A stretch of 64,000 nt of DNA from a virus. Taxonomy: Duplodnaviria; Caudoviricetes. The notes beneath the pieces are model-generated. The model saw nothing but the letters and a program-made list of their open reading frames with translations. It made no database searches and had not been told where the DNA came from. Positions 10,671 through 20,284 of the stretch are shown piece by piece. The translations under genes were made by a program, and so were the position numbers. The stretch's first letter is position 1; each line of letters starts with the position of its first letter. The stretch covers positions 32,001 to 96,000 of the IMG/VR virus record IMGVR_UViG_3300021387_001774. One strand, 5' to 3'.

Positions 10671-11204
10671 TTATATATTATTTTTCTTTCTTCCCCATAC
10701 AGCATTTAATTCTTCAAATGTATATTTAATAAAAACTATATAATAATTATCATTATGGTTATCACGCTTAATATAAATAGAACGGATACCATATTTCTTA
10801 TATAAATTTTCTATAATAGTTTTAGTATATTCGAAAGATTTAATATATTCAAACTTATAATCTTTTATATCATAATATTTCATACCACAATTATACAAAA
10901 TATTTATCAAATTAACTAATTTGCTATCAGGTATACAATCTGTAATACAATACATAGCCTTTATTCTAGAAATTGGTTTATCATTCTTTACACTACTATT
11001 TAAATACATTTTATAACTATATTCGAATTCTTCATGTTCATAAGATATTGAACTTTTTGTGCAAATATTTGGTCTTGTTAAAATATCCTCTATAAATAAT
11101 TCACACATGTCTTCAAACTTATTCCATTTTCTAGAAGGCGATTTCCTTTTACATGTTTTAAGTGGAATACTCATCCATTCTTTTGTTTCAGTTAAAATCC
11201 TCAT
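10671..11204 (-). CDS. Hypothetical protein, tandem paralog B (start revised to 11204)
   Basis: MRILTETK...SRKWN.FEDMC.LFIED..ELNAVWG; ATGA overlap with the upstream paralog. Confidence 0.7.
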   Translation of the reverse strand: MRILTETKEWMSIPLKTCKRKSPSRKWNKFEDMCELFIEDILTRPNICTKSSISYEHEEFEYSYKMYLNSSVKNDKPISRIKAMYCITDCIPDSKLVNLINILYNCGMKYYDIKDYKFEYIKSFEYTKTIIENLYKKYGIRSIYIKRDNHNDNYYIVFIKYTFEELNAVWGRKKNNI

Positions 11205-11701
11205 TTCTTTCCCCATACAGCATTTAATTCATCATAATCATAATTAATAAATACATCGTAACGATTATCAATTGAATCTGTTTTCTGTAAATATATTGAA
11301 CGAATACCATATCGTTTATACAGACTTTTTATTAAAGACTCAGTATATCCATATTTATAGTTTTCCATATGATAATATTTCTCACCGCATTCATACATAA
11401 TAGTTATTAAATCTATTACTTGATCGTTTGGTATACAATCCATAACACAATACATAGCCTTTAATCTAGTTATAGGATTATCGTTCTTTATACCATACAA
11501 AGATAGATTATATTTGAATAAAAATATATTCAATTCCTTTTTCAGTTCAAATTTAGTATTCATATGTGGTCTTGTTAATAGATCTTCTATAAATAGAGAG
11601 CACATATCTTCAAAATTATTCCATTTGCGAGATACAGTCTTCTTCTTTATTTTTCTAATCGGCATATGAACTAATTTTTTTGTTTCTGTTAATATCTTCA
11701 T
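11201..11701 (-). CDS. Hypothetical protein, tandem paralog A
   Basis: MKILTETK...SRKWNNFEDMC.LFIED..ELNAVWGKK; clearly homologous to its neighbour. Confidence 0.7.
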   Translation of the reverse strand: MKILTETKKLVHMPIRKIKKKTVSRKWNNFEDMCSLFIEDLLTRPHMNTKFELKKELNIFLFKYNLSLYGIKNDNPITRLKAMYCVMDCIPNDQVIDLITIMYECGEKYYHMENYKYGYTESLIKSLYKRYGIRSIYLQKTDSIDNRYDVFINYDYDELNAVWGKK

Positions 11702-11703
11702 GT

Positions 11704-13482
11704 TTATGCTCCAATCATCATCCTTTCAAAATCTTTTAATACATCTACTGTCTTAGGTAGATTGTATATCCTATTACAAAGTTCCACTATAGAAACGTCT
11801 GAGGTTTGTAATGCACTATTAAACTCTGCTCCACTCATAATATATCTATTATGCTCGTCAACTATTTGAAGTATTCTATACTTCTGATTCTCCTTTCCTA
11901 TTTTTCCTTGATTCATCAAAGATGGATAAAGTGATTTTGCATCATAATCAGCAACCATACGATAAATCTTAGTTCTTTTTCCATTTATAGTTAATGGTTT
12001 TACATCTAGAAGTTCTGTGTCTTGTACAACAGCTCCTTCAATAGATTCTTCAACACCATAATCTACAGTGTTACCAATAACCAAATTATGCTCCAGCATA
12101 TACATATAATACATATTTTTAATAACTATACTAACATTAACACCATTCCAGAAATCTGAGTTATCAGTTAACATTAAATAGTTTACTGAATCGTTATCTT
12201 TTTCTTCTATCTTTGCTAGCAATTTTGTATCACGACATGAATATTTAAGGAATAGTTTAAAATTCTTTACTGGAGCATTTCTAATAGTTAACCCAAATTC
12301 ATGAAGATTAACCTTATTAGCACCAATTACTTTCTCTGCAATTGCATCCAATCTATAAGATTTTTCTAGACCTCTTTTTCTTAGATTAGAATACAAAGAC
12401 ATTTGGTCTACAAACAATGTGTATCCTGGACATAAGGTTTTATCCCAATATCTAGAAGTATCAGTTTTAGCTTTCTTTCCTTTCTTTACAAACGGGTTAG
12501 CTGCTTTACGATCTGCAAATTCTATAAACTGGAATCTACGATATTGTTCTGGAATATCTGGATGGCACCATTCTTCAGATACATTTAATCCATAATGTTG
12601 CATACGTCCTATAATATATTTTTTATCGTAATTATCGTTCCATGCATATGCTATATCCGGTTTATCAGTATGAATCAAATTCATAAATCTTCTCATCATC
12701 ATAACTTCAGATTCAAAGAATTCAAAAATCAATTTAACATCTTTCATATCAGCAAAGTCTTCTGATATATATTCTCTAATATATTCATCAAGATTAGCTT
12801 TAACATCTTTTACATCTGGTGTATCTGGTAATTCCAATACAAGACAGAAGAAATGATTGAATTTAGTATTATAATATGTAATAACATTTATAGGTGCTAA
12901 TGGATTATTTTGATCAACCTTTTCTTTATATGCATAAATAAATGTTTCAATATCGTAGAATGATAGATTCATAACTTTTGGTGTAGCGTTACCATTCTCT
13001 AACATAAATTTACTTTTATAGAATTCTTCTATAGTAACTGAAGCTCCATAAATATATGGACTCTTATATACTTTTTCATTCATAAAATTATTAAACTCAT
13101 CTCTTGCTGCTACTGCTTGTTCCCATGTTGGATATCGTTTATTCATATTTGCTTTAAGTCGTTTATATTCATTCTCTATACCTAAATACTTACACATTTC
13201 TATATCTCTTTTAGAATACTCTACAACGTGAGTTTCTACTTTATCTTTATCGATATACATTTCATTATATGGATTACAATTAGCTTCATCAATGATTGTG
13301 TAAAATTCTATCGTTGGTCTTTCAATAAGTCTTAGAGAAGATGAATTAGTCTCATCATCTTTAATAACTTCGATCAAAACATCATCAGCTATCTTTTTCA
13401 TAGCAAATTGACCAGGTTCTGCATTTGGATCTGGTACCCATTGTGGTTTTATATAAATAGACTGTAAAAGATACTTGCTCAT
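11704..13482 (-). CDS. Split family-B DNA polymerase, 3'-5' exonuclease plus motif-A subunit
   Basis: ExoI FYDIET, ExoII AWNDNYD, ExoIII YSCRD, PolB motif A DYDAKSLYPS; motifs B and C absent. Confidence 0.85.
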   Translation of the reverse strand: MSKYLLQSIYIKPQWVPDPNAEPGQFAMKKIADDVLIEVIKDDETNSSSLRLIERPTIEFYTIIDEANCNPYNEMYIDKDKVETHVVEYSKRDIEMCKYLGIENEYKRLKANMNKRYPTWEQAVAARDEFNNFMNEKVYKSPYIYGASVTIEEFYKSKFMLENGNATPKVMNLSFYDIETFIYAYKEKVDQNNPLAPINVITYYNTKFNHFFCLVLELPDTPDVKDVKANLDEYIREYISEDFADMKDVKLIFEFFESEVMMMRRFMNLIHTDKPDIAYAWNDNYDKKYIIGRMQHYGLNVSEEWCHPDIPEQYRRFQFIEFADRKAANPFVKKGKKAKTDTSRYWDKTLCPGYTLFVDQMSLYSNLRKRGLEKSYRLDAIAEKVIGANKVNLHEFGLTIRNAPVKNFKLFLKYSCRDTKLLAKIEEKDNDSVNYLMLTDNSDFWNGVNVSIVIKNMYYMYMLEHNLVIGNTVDYGVEESIEGAVVQDTELLDVKPLTINGKRTKIYRMVADYDAKSLYPSLMNQGKIGKENQKYRILQIVDEHNRYIMSGAEFNSALQTSDVSIVELCNRIYNLPKTVDVLKDFERMMIGA

Positions 13483-13491
13483 TATTCCTCC

Positions 13492-14391
13492 TTAAATATC
13501 ATAGTATTTATACATGAAATATTCATATACATTATGTGGTAGTTCTATGTTAAAATATAATGTTGCTATATTACCTAATGGTGATTCAAATCGTTTAGTT
13601 ATCGTTCCTTTAACTATTTTCTTTTGCATAAAATCATTATGATAAATTGTAAATGGTTCATTATTTGCTCCATTTAATTTCATAGCTCCAATAGTTTTAT
13701 TTTTATTAAAGGCCTCTTCCCACGCATTTGGATCAAGAATAAGATACGAACAACATTCTTTATTATAATTTAGGAATATATCCGATACTCTATTTCTTCT
13801 AAATCCTAATGGTAGTATATATAAATTATATAAGAAATCTAACTTTTCAGAGTTTCGTATAAATAGTGTATTCTTATATTTTTCATCTTTATCATTATAA
13901 ATTATATCCATATTAAATAAGAATAAAGGTCCCGTATAAGATCTTTGTAATACTTCAAAATCATATATTTGCTCTTCTTTAATTGCTTTCAAAACAAATT
14001 TAGGGAAACAATAGAATGAATCTATACACATATCATATTTCAAATGACTATACCACATTAAATTCGATTTATCAGTAGAAATGTTCTTATTGACAAAATC
14101 ATAAGAACTTACTATAATTGGTACAGATACTCTATCATCTCCACAACTAAAGTAATTTTCGTCTTCTTCAGATATATGAAATGAATCTCTAGTAACAGTT
14201 GAAAATATCTTATAAAAATCAAATCTATCACCATTTGTAGGATCATGTGTAATAATTACTTCATATTCTCCGTTTATCCTTACAAATTGCATCAAACAAG
14301 GTGAATTAAGATTAAATTTACTTATAGCTGTACAGCATCGTTTTATCTTTTCTATTAATAATTTCTTATTTGGAATTGATTTAATACTCAT
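13492..14391 (-). CDS. Hypothetical protein co-transcribed with the polymerase subunit (start revised to 14391)
   Basis: GGAGG RBS before MSIKSIPN. Confidence 0.65.
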   Translation of the reverse strand: MSIKSIPNKKLLIEKIKRCCTAISKFNLNSPCLMQFVRINGEYEVIITHDPTNGDRFDFYKIFSTVTRDSFHISEEDENYFSCGDDRVSVPIIVSSYDFVNKNISTDKSNLMWYSHLKYDMCIDSFYCFPKFVLKAIKEEQIYDFEVLQRSYTGPLFLFNMDIIYNDKDEKYKNTLFIRNSEKLDFLYNLYILPLGFRRNRVSDIFLNYNKECCSYLILDPNAWEEAFNKNKTIGAMKLNGANNEPFTIYHNDFMQKKIVKGTITKRFESPLGNIATLYFNIELPHNVYEYFMYKYYDI

Positions 14392-14425
14392 TAATTCCTC
14401 CAACAAAATAATTTAATACCAAATA

Positions 14426-14451
14426 CATTATAATTATATATAATTATAATG
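14426..14451. promoter_or_regulatory. Perfect 26-bp palindrome, probable bidirectional early-type promoter
   Basis: cattataattatatataattataatg reads TAATTATATATAATTATAAT on both strands, between divergent genes. Confidence 0.55.
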
Positions 14452-14460
14452 AGGTTTATT

Positions 14461-15438
14461 ATGAATAATATATCGATTATGTTTAACATGAATAAGATTA
14501 AGTATGATATACTTAATATGTACTTCGAAGAGAATGTAAAGAAAACAAATATAATCAACTATTTCTTTATTGATTTAGATTTTATATTAGCGAAATATAT
14601 GTATGCTTCAGAATGTAGTATAGAAGATTTTAATGAAGAAGCTTCTGATTTATTTATACTAGAAATACTAAATTTAATATCTCATTATAAACGATTTTTC
14701 TGTGAGAAAATTAATTCTAATGGTTTCTTTTATATAGGAATACCTGTTAAAAAATATAAGAAATACAAAACATTAAATGATATGATAGTTAAATTAAATA
14801 AACTATTAACAGTTATTCCTAAGATATACGTCTATTATTATGAAGATGATCATTATAATTATTGGTTAAAATATAATCTTATAAAGAATATTTGTTTTTA
14901 TAAACAAGGATCTAATGTAACACCAATAATATTTGACTTAGGTAAAATATATAGATCGGAGTTATTTTATATATTAACTAGAAATTATCATATTTTTAGA
15001 TATGACGGAAATAAACCATATTTATATAGTTTTAACGATTTTAAGAAAGAATATTTGACTGATATCGAGGATATTTATTTAAATAGTGTGATTTCATTAT
15101 TACCAGTATATGAAGCTTTAAATACATTAAATATAAATAAGAATGTACGAATTGATGATGTTATAATGAAATTTATAAAGAAACATCCTAGAGAAAACTT
15201 TAATTCATCAGAAACACAACAATTATTATTGAAAACATTTAGTTCTTCAAAGAAACTAGAGAAAAAATTAAATAGTATACTTCATAATATGAATAGTTAC
15301 GTTTATTCGAATATGAGTAAAACAGTAATGGAAAATTGGAAACACGTTATAAAAGACAATTCTATTTATCGAATAAACGAATCTTTGAAAATACCAGATG
15401 ATAAAAGAGTTAACATAGAAATACTGATGAAATATTAA
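14461..15438 (+). CDS. Putative PIN/5'-3' exonuclease (RNase H-like) fold protein, possibly degenerate
   Basis: FFIDLDFIL then ILNLISHYKRFF, similar to jumbo-phage 5'-3' nucleases; next to the polymerase operon. Confidence 0.35.
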   Translation: MNNISIMFNMNKIKYDILNMYFEENVKKTNIINYFFIDLDFILAKYMYASECSIEDFNEEASDLFILEILNLISHYKRFFCEKINSNGFFYIGIPVKKYKKYKTLNDMIVKLNKLLTVIPKIYVYYYEDDHYNYWLKYNLIKNICFYKQGSNVTPIIFDLGKIYRSELFYILTRNYHIFRYDGNKPYLYSFNDFKKEYLTDIEDIYLNSVISLLPVYEALNTLNINKNVRIDDVIMKFIKKHPRENFNSSETQQLLLKTFSSSKKLEKKLNSILHNMNSYVYSNMSKTVMENWKHVIKDNSIYRINESLKIPDDKRVNIEILMKY

Positions 15439-15445
15439 AAAAAAA

Positions 15446-15476
15446 ATAAAGGTAGGATTATATCCTACCTTTATTT
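15446..15476. terminator. Bidirectional terminator
   Basis: aataaaggtagga-ttata-tcctacctttatt. Confidence 0.8.
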
Positions 15477-15478
15477 AG

Positions 15479-16111
15479 TTAGCATTTAGAAGGTGATCGT
15501 TTCCAAGGTTTCCTTCTTTTCAAATATTCGTCTAACTGTTCCTGATCTTCATCAGTCCATACCATACCTGATAAAGCTACAGCTTCATCTTCTAGTATAG
15601 TACCATGACCGAGTTTTACCATAATTGACACTTTCAATGTTTCATCTTCTAGTTTCATTATAGTTAGATAATTCTTAATAGAAGAAAAATATTGAAAATA
15701 ATGATTATAATATCTAAAAACTCTATTAGATAATCTTACAAATTCACGATTATTTTCTCGATAATTTTTCCTGGTTTCATGAATTTTATCATAATTTTTT
15801 TCAATATATTCTTTCTTTTGCTCGCTTATTTTTTCTTTATTATTTTCATAATATTTTCTAGATTTTTCAGCTACTTTATCGCGATTCTTTTTATAATATT
15901 TTTTCTTTATTTCACTTAATTTCTCTTTATTATTTTCGCGATAGTTTTTATTATATTCAAGAATTTTATCGTGATCCTTTTCATATCGTTCTTTATATTG
16001 TTTAAATAACTTCACTTTATTCTTTTCATAATATTGTTTCCGACTTTCTTTAATTTGTTCTTTATGAGTCTCACGATATTTCTTCATGTACTCTCTTTTC
16101 TTCTCTGTCAT
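15479..16111 (-). CDS. Lys/Glu/Tyr repeat protein (KKYYExNKE-type repeats)
   Basis: About 15-aa periodic repeats over the first ~130 aa; preceded by leader type 2. Confidence 0.7.
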   Translation of the reverse strand: MTEKKREYMKKYRETHKEQIKESRKQYYEKNKVKLFKQYKERYEKDHDKILEYNKNYRENNKEKLSEIKKKYYKKNRDKVAEKSRKYYENNKEKISEQKKEYIEKNYDKIHETRKNYRENNREFVRLSNRVFRYYNHYFQYFSSIKNYLTIMKLEDETLKVSIMVKLGHGTILEDEAVALSGMVWTDEDQEQLDEYLKRRKPWKRSPSKC

Positions 16112-16212
16112 ATTTCATTTCTTCCTTATGTTTATAGTAGTGTCATCTCTACTTCATTAATTATATTATTAATAAGATACAACGTATCTTTCATTAATAT
16201 AATATATAATTA
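16112..16212 (-). promoter_or_regulatory. Early promoter plus conserved structured leader, type 2
   Basis: Promoter at 16193-16212, hairpin, then GAAGTAGAGATGAcACTACTATAAACATAAGG shared with 50047 and 58519. Confidence 0.75.
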
Positions 16213-16276
16213 AAAAAAGAAAGGGTATTTAACCCTTTCTTTAATAATCATAAAGAACCTCCATTTTATTATCAAC

Positions 16277-16639
16277 TTATGACAGATCTAGATCTATTAT
16301 AGACTTACCTTTTACTTTTACAGATGATGTGTCTATTGTATCTTCTTTGTTATATTGATCTTCATTCCATTCCATTGTATGTTGTTCATGTTTTTTGATA
16401 TCTTTCATGACATCTGCTATTTCGTGTAAAGTTTCAGAAATAATCGTTGTTATTTTATCCATTCTTTTTGTATTTTCTTCTTTATTTTTTATTATAGTTT
16501 CCATTTTAATTTTTTCATTTTCAAAGAATTTATTGCCTAAATCGGTTATCTTTTCAAATTTTTCTTTTTCAAGATCAAGTTCTTTTTCTGTAAATTCAAT
16601 AGAACCAATAATCTTACCATTTTCATCTTTAAAAATCAT
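16277..16639 (-). CDS. Early coiled-coil protein, paralog of 30758..31255
   Basis: MIFKDENGKIIGSIEF vs MIIKDKNGEVVGSVEL; same leader. Confidence 0.7.
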   Translation of the reverse strand: MIFKDENGKIIGSIEFTEKELDLEKEKFEKITDLGNKFFENEKIKMETIIKNKEENTKRMDKITTIISETLHEIADVMKDIKKHEQHTMEWNEDQYNKEDTIDTSSVKVKGKSIIDLDLS

Positions 16640-16706
16640 AACAATACCTCTGTAATAAATAATAGTAGAGTTATTTCTAACTCTCCATTAATATAATATA
16701 TAATTA
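16640..16706 (-). promoter_or_regulatory. Early promoter plus leader, type 3
   Basis: TAATTATATATTATATTAATGGAGAGTTAGAAATAACTCTACTATTA identical to the sequence starting at 30692. Confidence 0.75.
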
Positions 16707-16739
16707 AAAAAAAGATGGGGAAATATTCCCCATCTTCTA

Positions 16740-18014
16740 TTACATTTTATTGAGTCTTTTAGCAGCATCGTTAATTCTATTATATTGATCACGTTTCTCT
16801 TGCCTAGAACGTAGTTTATGTTCACCATCAGGATAAATTTCAGCATATTTATTATTTTCATCAAGTTTCTTATGACTAAGACCAGTCTTATATCTAGTAT
16901 CTCTATGTGCAGCTTCTACCTCAAGCATTTCTTTAATAGCTTTAACACCAAGATTATCTATACGAAGAATCATATCGAAATAGATATTAATACAATCTAT
17001 AAGATATGCTTTTCTACTCAATAATTCTTTACAAGAAGCATTGATACCATCCCAAATAGAGTCTAGTATTTTACCATTATCTTTTTTATTTTCTATATCC
17101 GCATTCTTGAAATTAGCAAGACACTTATTTTTTCTTTCTTTTATTTCATTCATAACTTTATTATCTACTGTCTTGCTAAGAACAGCTTGACACATATTAG
17201 ATACGTTGAAAATATCTTGTTTATCAGCATCTGCAAGAATATCGAATGAATCAGGACTTCTAAAAATATTTTTTACTGATTGTTCTTGAGGTTCTTCTTC
17301 TGGATTTTCTACAAATAATGTTACTATTAAGTGATTAGGTTTAGGATATCCTTTAAGAACAATATTTTTAGAAGTATATCCATACACTTGTGTATCTCTA
17401 TTACTAAGTAATATTTTTGCAATTTTATATTTAGTTGAATGTAAAATCTTCTCTTTCCAAGTTTGTTTATCTTTATTTACTTTAGAACCAGATACAGTTT
17501 GAGATAAAGCATCTTTACAATATGCTTGTACTACCGGAATAGCTGCTTCAGCAGTAGTTTTTGTTTCTAGTTCTTTAGACATTTTTGTAACAGTTTCATA
17601 AAGACTATTAACATTCTTAACTAAAGAACGAATATAATTTTGAGCAGGTCCTTTAAGAATTGTAACTGGATCATCGACCATATTGTTTTCTTTTACTCTA
17701 GCTTGATCACCATATCTTTCATATAAACCAGATTTAACACGATCTAGATATCGTTTATAAAAAAATCTATTCTTATTTTTTCTAGCAAACATTCTAGCAC
17801 GTTTATTAATCGTCTCTACTTTACCTGGAAGTTCATGTAAATAATCAAAAACACCTTTACCTTTATTCTTTACCTTATCTACTTGCATCATATGATTTTT
17901 GTTAGGTTCTCCATCATTTTTAGGAGCTTCTGGAGCTTTAGCGGGTTTTTCTTTTTGATTATTTTCCATATCTTTTTCTATAGAATATTGTAAATCATTA
18001 AAATCTATAATCAT
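16740..18014 (-). CDS. Putative internal head/virion protein (start revised to 18014)
   Basis: AAGGA RBS and late-type promoter at 18041-18052 before MIIDFNDLQYSIE (S-x-E site); the longer ORF crosses a terminator. Confidence 0.6.
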   Translation of the reverse strand: MIIDFNDLQYSIEKDMENNQKEKPAKAPEAPKNDGEPNKNHMMQVDKVKNKGKGVFDYLHELPGKVETINKRARMFARKNKNRFFYKRYLDRVKSGLYERYGDQARVKENNMVDDPVTILKGPAQNYIRSLVKNVNSLYETVTKMSKELETKTTAEAAIPVVQAYCKDALSQTVSGSKVNKDKQTWKEKILHSTKYKIAKILLSNRDTQVYGYTSKNIVLKGYPKPNHLIVTLFVENPEEEPQEQSVKNIFRSPDSFDILADADKQDIFNVSNMCQAVLSKTVDNKVMNEIKERKNKCLANFKNADIENKKDNGKILDSIWDGINASCKELLSRKAYLIDCINIYFDMILRIDNLGVKAIKEMLEVEAAHRDTRYKTGLSHKKLDENNKYAEIYPDGEHKLRSRQEKRDQYNRINDAAKRLNKM

Positions 18015-18062
18015 AGTTTTATCCTTATATAAGTGTGATATACTAATATGTCGATTTTTAGA

Positions 18063-18136
18063 TAAAAAAGAAACCCTAGAGAAGGGTTTCTTTTTAATAA
18101 GAGCTATTTCTCTTCCATTAATATAATATATAAATA
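18063..18136 (-). ncRNA. Candidate ~55-nt early small RNA or empty expression cassette
   Basis: Early promoter (18117-18136), hairpin aagag-aaatag-ctctt, then immediately terminator aaagaaaccct-tctct-agggtttcttt-T-run; no real ORF. Confidence 0.4.
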
Positions 18137-18176
18137 AAATATATAGGATATCCCTCATTGAGGGATATCCATTATC

Positions 18177-19244
18177 TTATGTTTGAGATGTTTCTTGTTG
18201 ATTTGATACAGTGATATTTGGAGATAAGAATTTAGTTCTTATTTGATCCAATAAAATACTTATTGAGTCTTTTATTTCTGTATCAATGATATTTAATTTA
18301 TTTGTTTTCTTCTCGATGATATTTTTCTTCAAGTTTCCAAGACGTACAAACATATTCTCTAACTGTGGTTGAATATCTTTTGTAACTTTTATTATTAATT
18401 CATCGAGTTCTTTTTTGCTGATAGCTGTAACTTCAAGTTTCTTCACATCAATTGCTTGCCATATAAGTTCATCCAATTCATCTATATAATTGGAAGCTTT
18501 TCTCCTATCATCAACTATTTCAACAAATCCGTTACGAGAAATAATATCTTTACTATGATCTATCCATAACATTTCTACGTTACTTAATAAATCATCCATA
18601 AAAAAATATTCTTTGGTTTTATGAATTTCCGAATTATTGAAACCTGTTATATCGACTATATAATTTAATAATTCTGTATAATAAGAATTTTTAATAGAAG
18701 AAAATGTATTTCTAAAAATCATTTCACATTGATGTGTATAATTCATCTCTAATGAATGGATACTATTTGTAACATCTATCGTTTTTGAAATACTTGATGA
18801 AAGTTCTGTCTCTAATAAAAGTTCTAGCATAGATAAAAATTTATCTACATTAAATTCTTTTATTTGAGTCTCATCATGTTTTTTATAATTTCTATTCTTT
18901 ATCTTAAATTTACCAAATTCAATATATTCAGAATTATCAAATCTTTTTAATATTCCTTTTATAATAAGTGATAAAAATAAAATTATTGCATAAAGTAAAA
19001 AAACTACACATATACAAATAACTATTACGAACCACAAGTTATCTTTTAAAATAGTAAATATGTAATCGTACATATCTGCATTTATAACTTTAGTAACCAT
19101 AGGTTCCATTTGTATTATTTGTGCATTTTGTCCATATATAATAGCTTGTTTTTCTTTTTCATCAATACTCGTTTGTGAAAACGTAAAAGAAAAAGTTAGT
19201 GAAAAAATACAAACTAATGTTAATATCTTTTTAACATAACGCAT
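18177..19244 (-). CDS. Membrane protein with signal peptide, one TM and a helical cytoplasmic domain (late gene, possibly lysis-related)
   Basis: MRYVKKILTLVCIFSLTFSFTFS signal-like segment, TM WFVIVICICVVFLLYAIILFLSLII, late-type promoter at 19272-19283. Confidence 0.55.
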   Translation of the reverse strand: MRYVKKILTLVCIFSLTFSFTFSQTSIDEKEKQAIIYGQNAQIIQMEPMVTKVINADMYDYIFTILKDNLWFVIVICICVVFLLYAIILFLSLIIKGILKRFDNSEYIEFGKFKIKNRNYKKHDETQIKEFNVDKFLSMLELLLETELSSSISKTIDVTNSIHSLEMNYTHQCEMIFRNTFSSIKNSYYTELLNYIVDITGFNNSEIHKTKEYFFMDDLLSNVEMLWIDHSKDIISRNGFVEIVDDRRKASNYIDELDELIWQAIDVKKLEVTAISKKELDELIIKVTKDIQPQLENMFVRLGNLKKNIIEKKTNKLNIIDTEIKDSISILLDQIRTKFLSPNITVSNQQETSQT

Positions 19245-19326
19245 TTCAATCCCCATAATAATGATCTAGTATATTAACATGTCAAAAAATAAAAGGTGTG
19301 TAACATAAATTACACACCTAATATTT

Positions 19327-20268
19327 TTAGAATAAATCTAGATTCATTATATCGTCATCGTCTGCATCATTTATATATGTATAAGGAATATTTTCTTTAT
19401 ATTTGTCAGACAAGTTGATCTTTATTTCACCAGGTTTATTATTTTCGTCTTTATTTAGGTTTTCATCTTCTTTACCAGATGCTAGTAATGTACCAACATC
19501 ATCTGTATTTTCAAACATATCAAATTCATCTGCGTTATAAAGTTCGACAGTTGTTTCAGGTTTAAGTTTCTTTATGTCTTTGGAATTCAGCTCTCTTTCT
19601 TTTTCATATTTTACTAATAATTCTTCAAGATAAACTTGAAGATCATTTAATGAACCATTGAATGAATCTAATACTAATGGAGCTTCATCAAAGTATGACA
19701 TAACCTTTACAATTAACATAAGCATTGCTAATATTTGATTATGAGATTTTGATTCTAGTTCACAGACACTTTCTTTATCTGTTATTTCGACTTTATAAGT
19801 ATATAATAGTTTACCATCTTCGTCTTTTTCTGAAGGATATTGAAGAACTTTTACTTTACTCAAAACGTCTTCTTGTGTAACGTTTGACATATCGTCATCA
19901 CAAATTTCATTAATTATATCATCCTCATCTTCTGAGTTTGAACAGACTTTTGAATAAATAACTGGTGTAGTCATTAACATAAGAATTAGAGCATTCTTAG
20001 TTTTTACAAAGGGATTAAAATACTCAAGCTTCTCTCTTCTTGATCTATAGTTAATAAATTCATCTTGTGTTGCTACTAAAGTATAAATCTTTTCATTGTG
20101 CTGATTTACAAAATAGGTTGGTACAGTTTTGCCCTTGATACGTTTATCTGCACCAACTATTTTAAGTAAACCGCAACCAGGATCATCTGATCTACAGATT
20201 CCAACGAAATCCATAATAGGTTTCAAAAACTGATCATTCAATTTATTGAAAATCTTGGTACGGTACAT
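19327..20268 (-). CDS. Hypothetical protein with acidic C-terminus
   Basis: ORF with AAGGAG RBS. Confidence 0.7.
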   Translation of the reverse strand: MYRTKIFNKLNDQFLKPIMDFVGICRSDDPGCGLLKIVGADKRIKGKTVPTYFVNQHNEKIYTLVATQDEFINYRSRREKLEYFNPFVKTKNALILMLMTTPVIYSKVCSNSEDEDDIINEICDDDMSNVTQEDVLSKVKVLQYPSEKDEDGKLLYTYKVEITDKESVCELESKSHNQILAMLMLIVKVMSYFDEAPLVLDSFNGSLNDLQVYLEELLVKYEKERELNSKDIKKLKPETTVELYNADEFDMFENTDDVGTLLASGKEDENLNKDENNKPGEIKINLSDKYKENIPYTYINDADDDDIMNLDLF

Positions 20269-20284
20269 TCTTCATTACTCCTTA

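Noticed and set aside
11704-13482. Truncated polymerase pseudogene or frameshift
   Set aside because: Catalytic motifs are intact, the stop is clean and followed by a coupled gene, and a split PolB is normal for this phage group
18015-18158. N-terminal extension of ORF 16740..18158
   Set aside because: It spans a promoter and a terminator; the RBS and late promoter support the start at 18014
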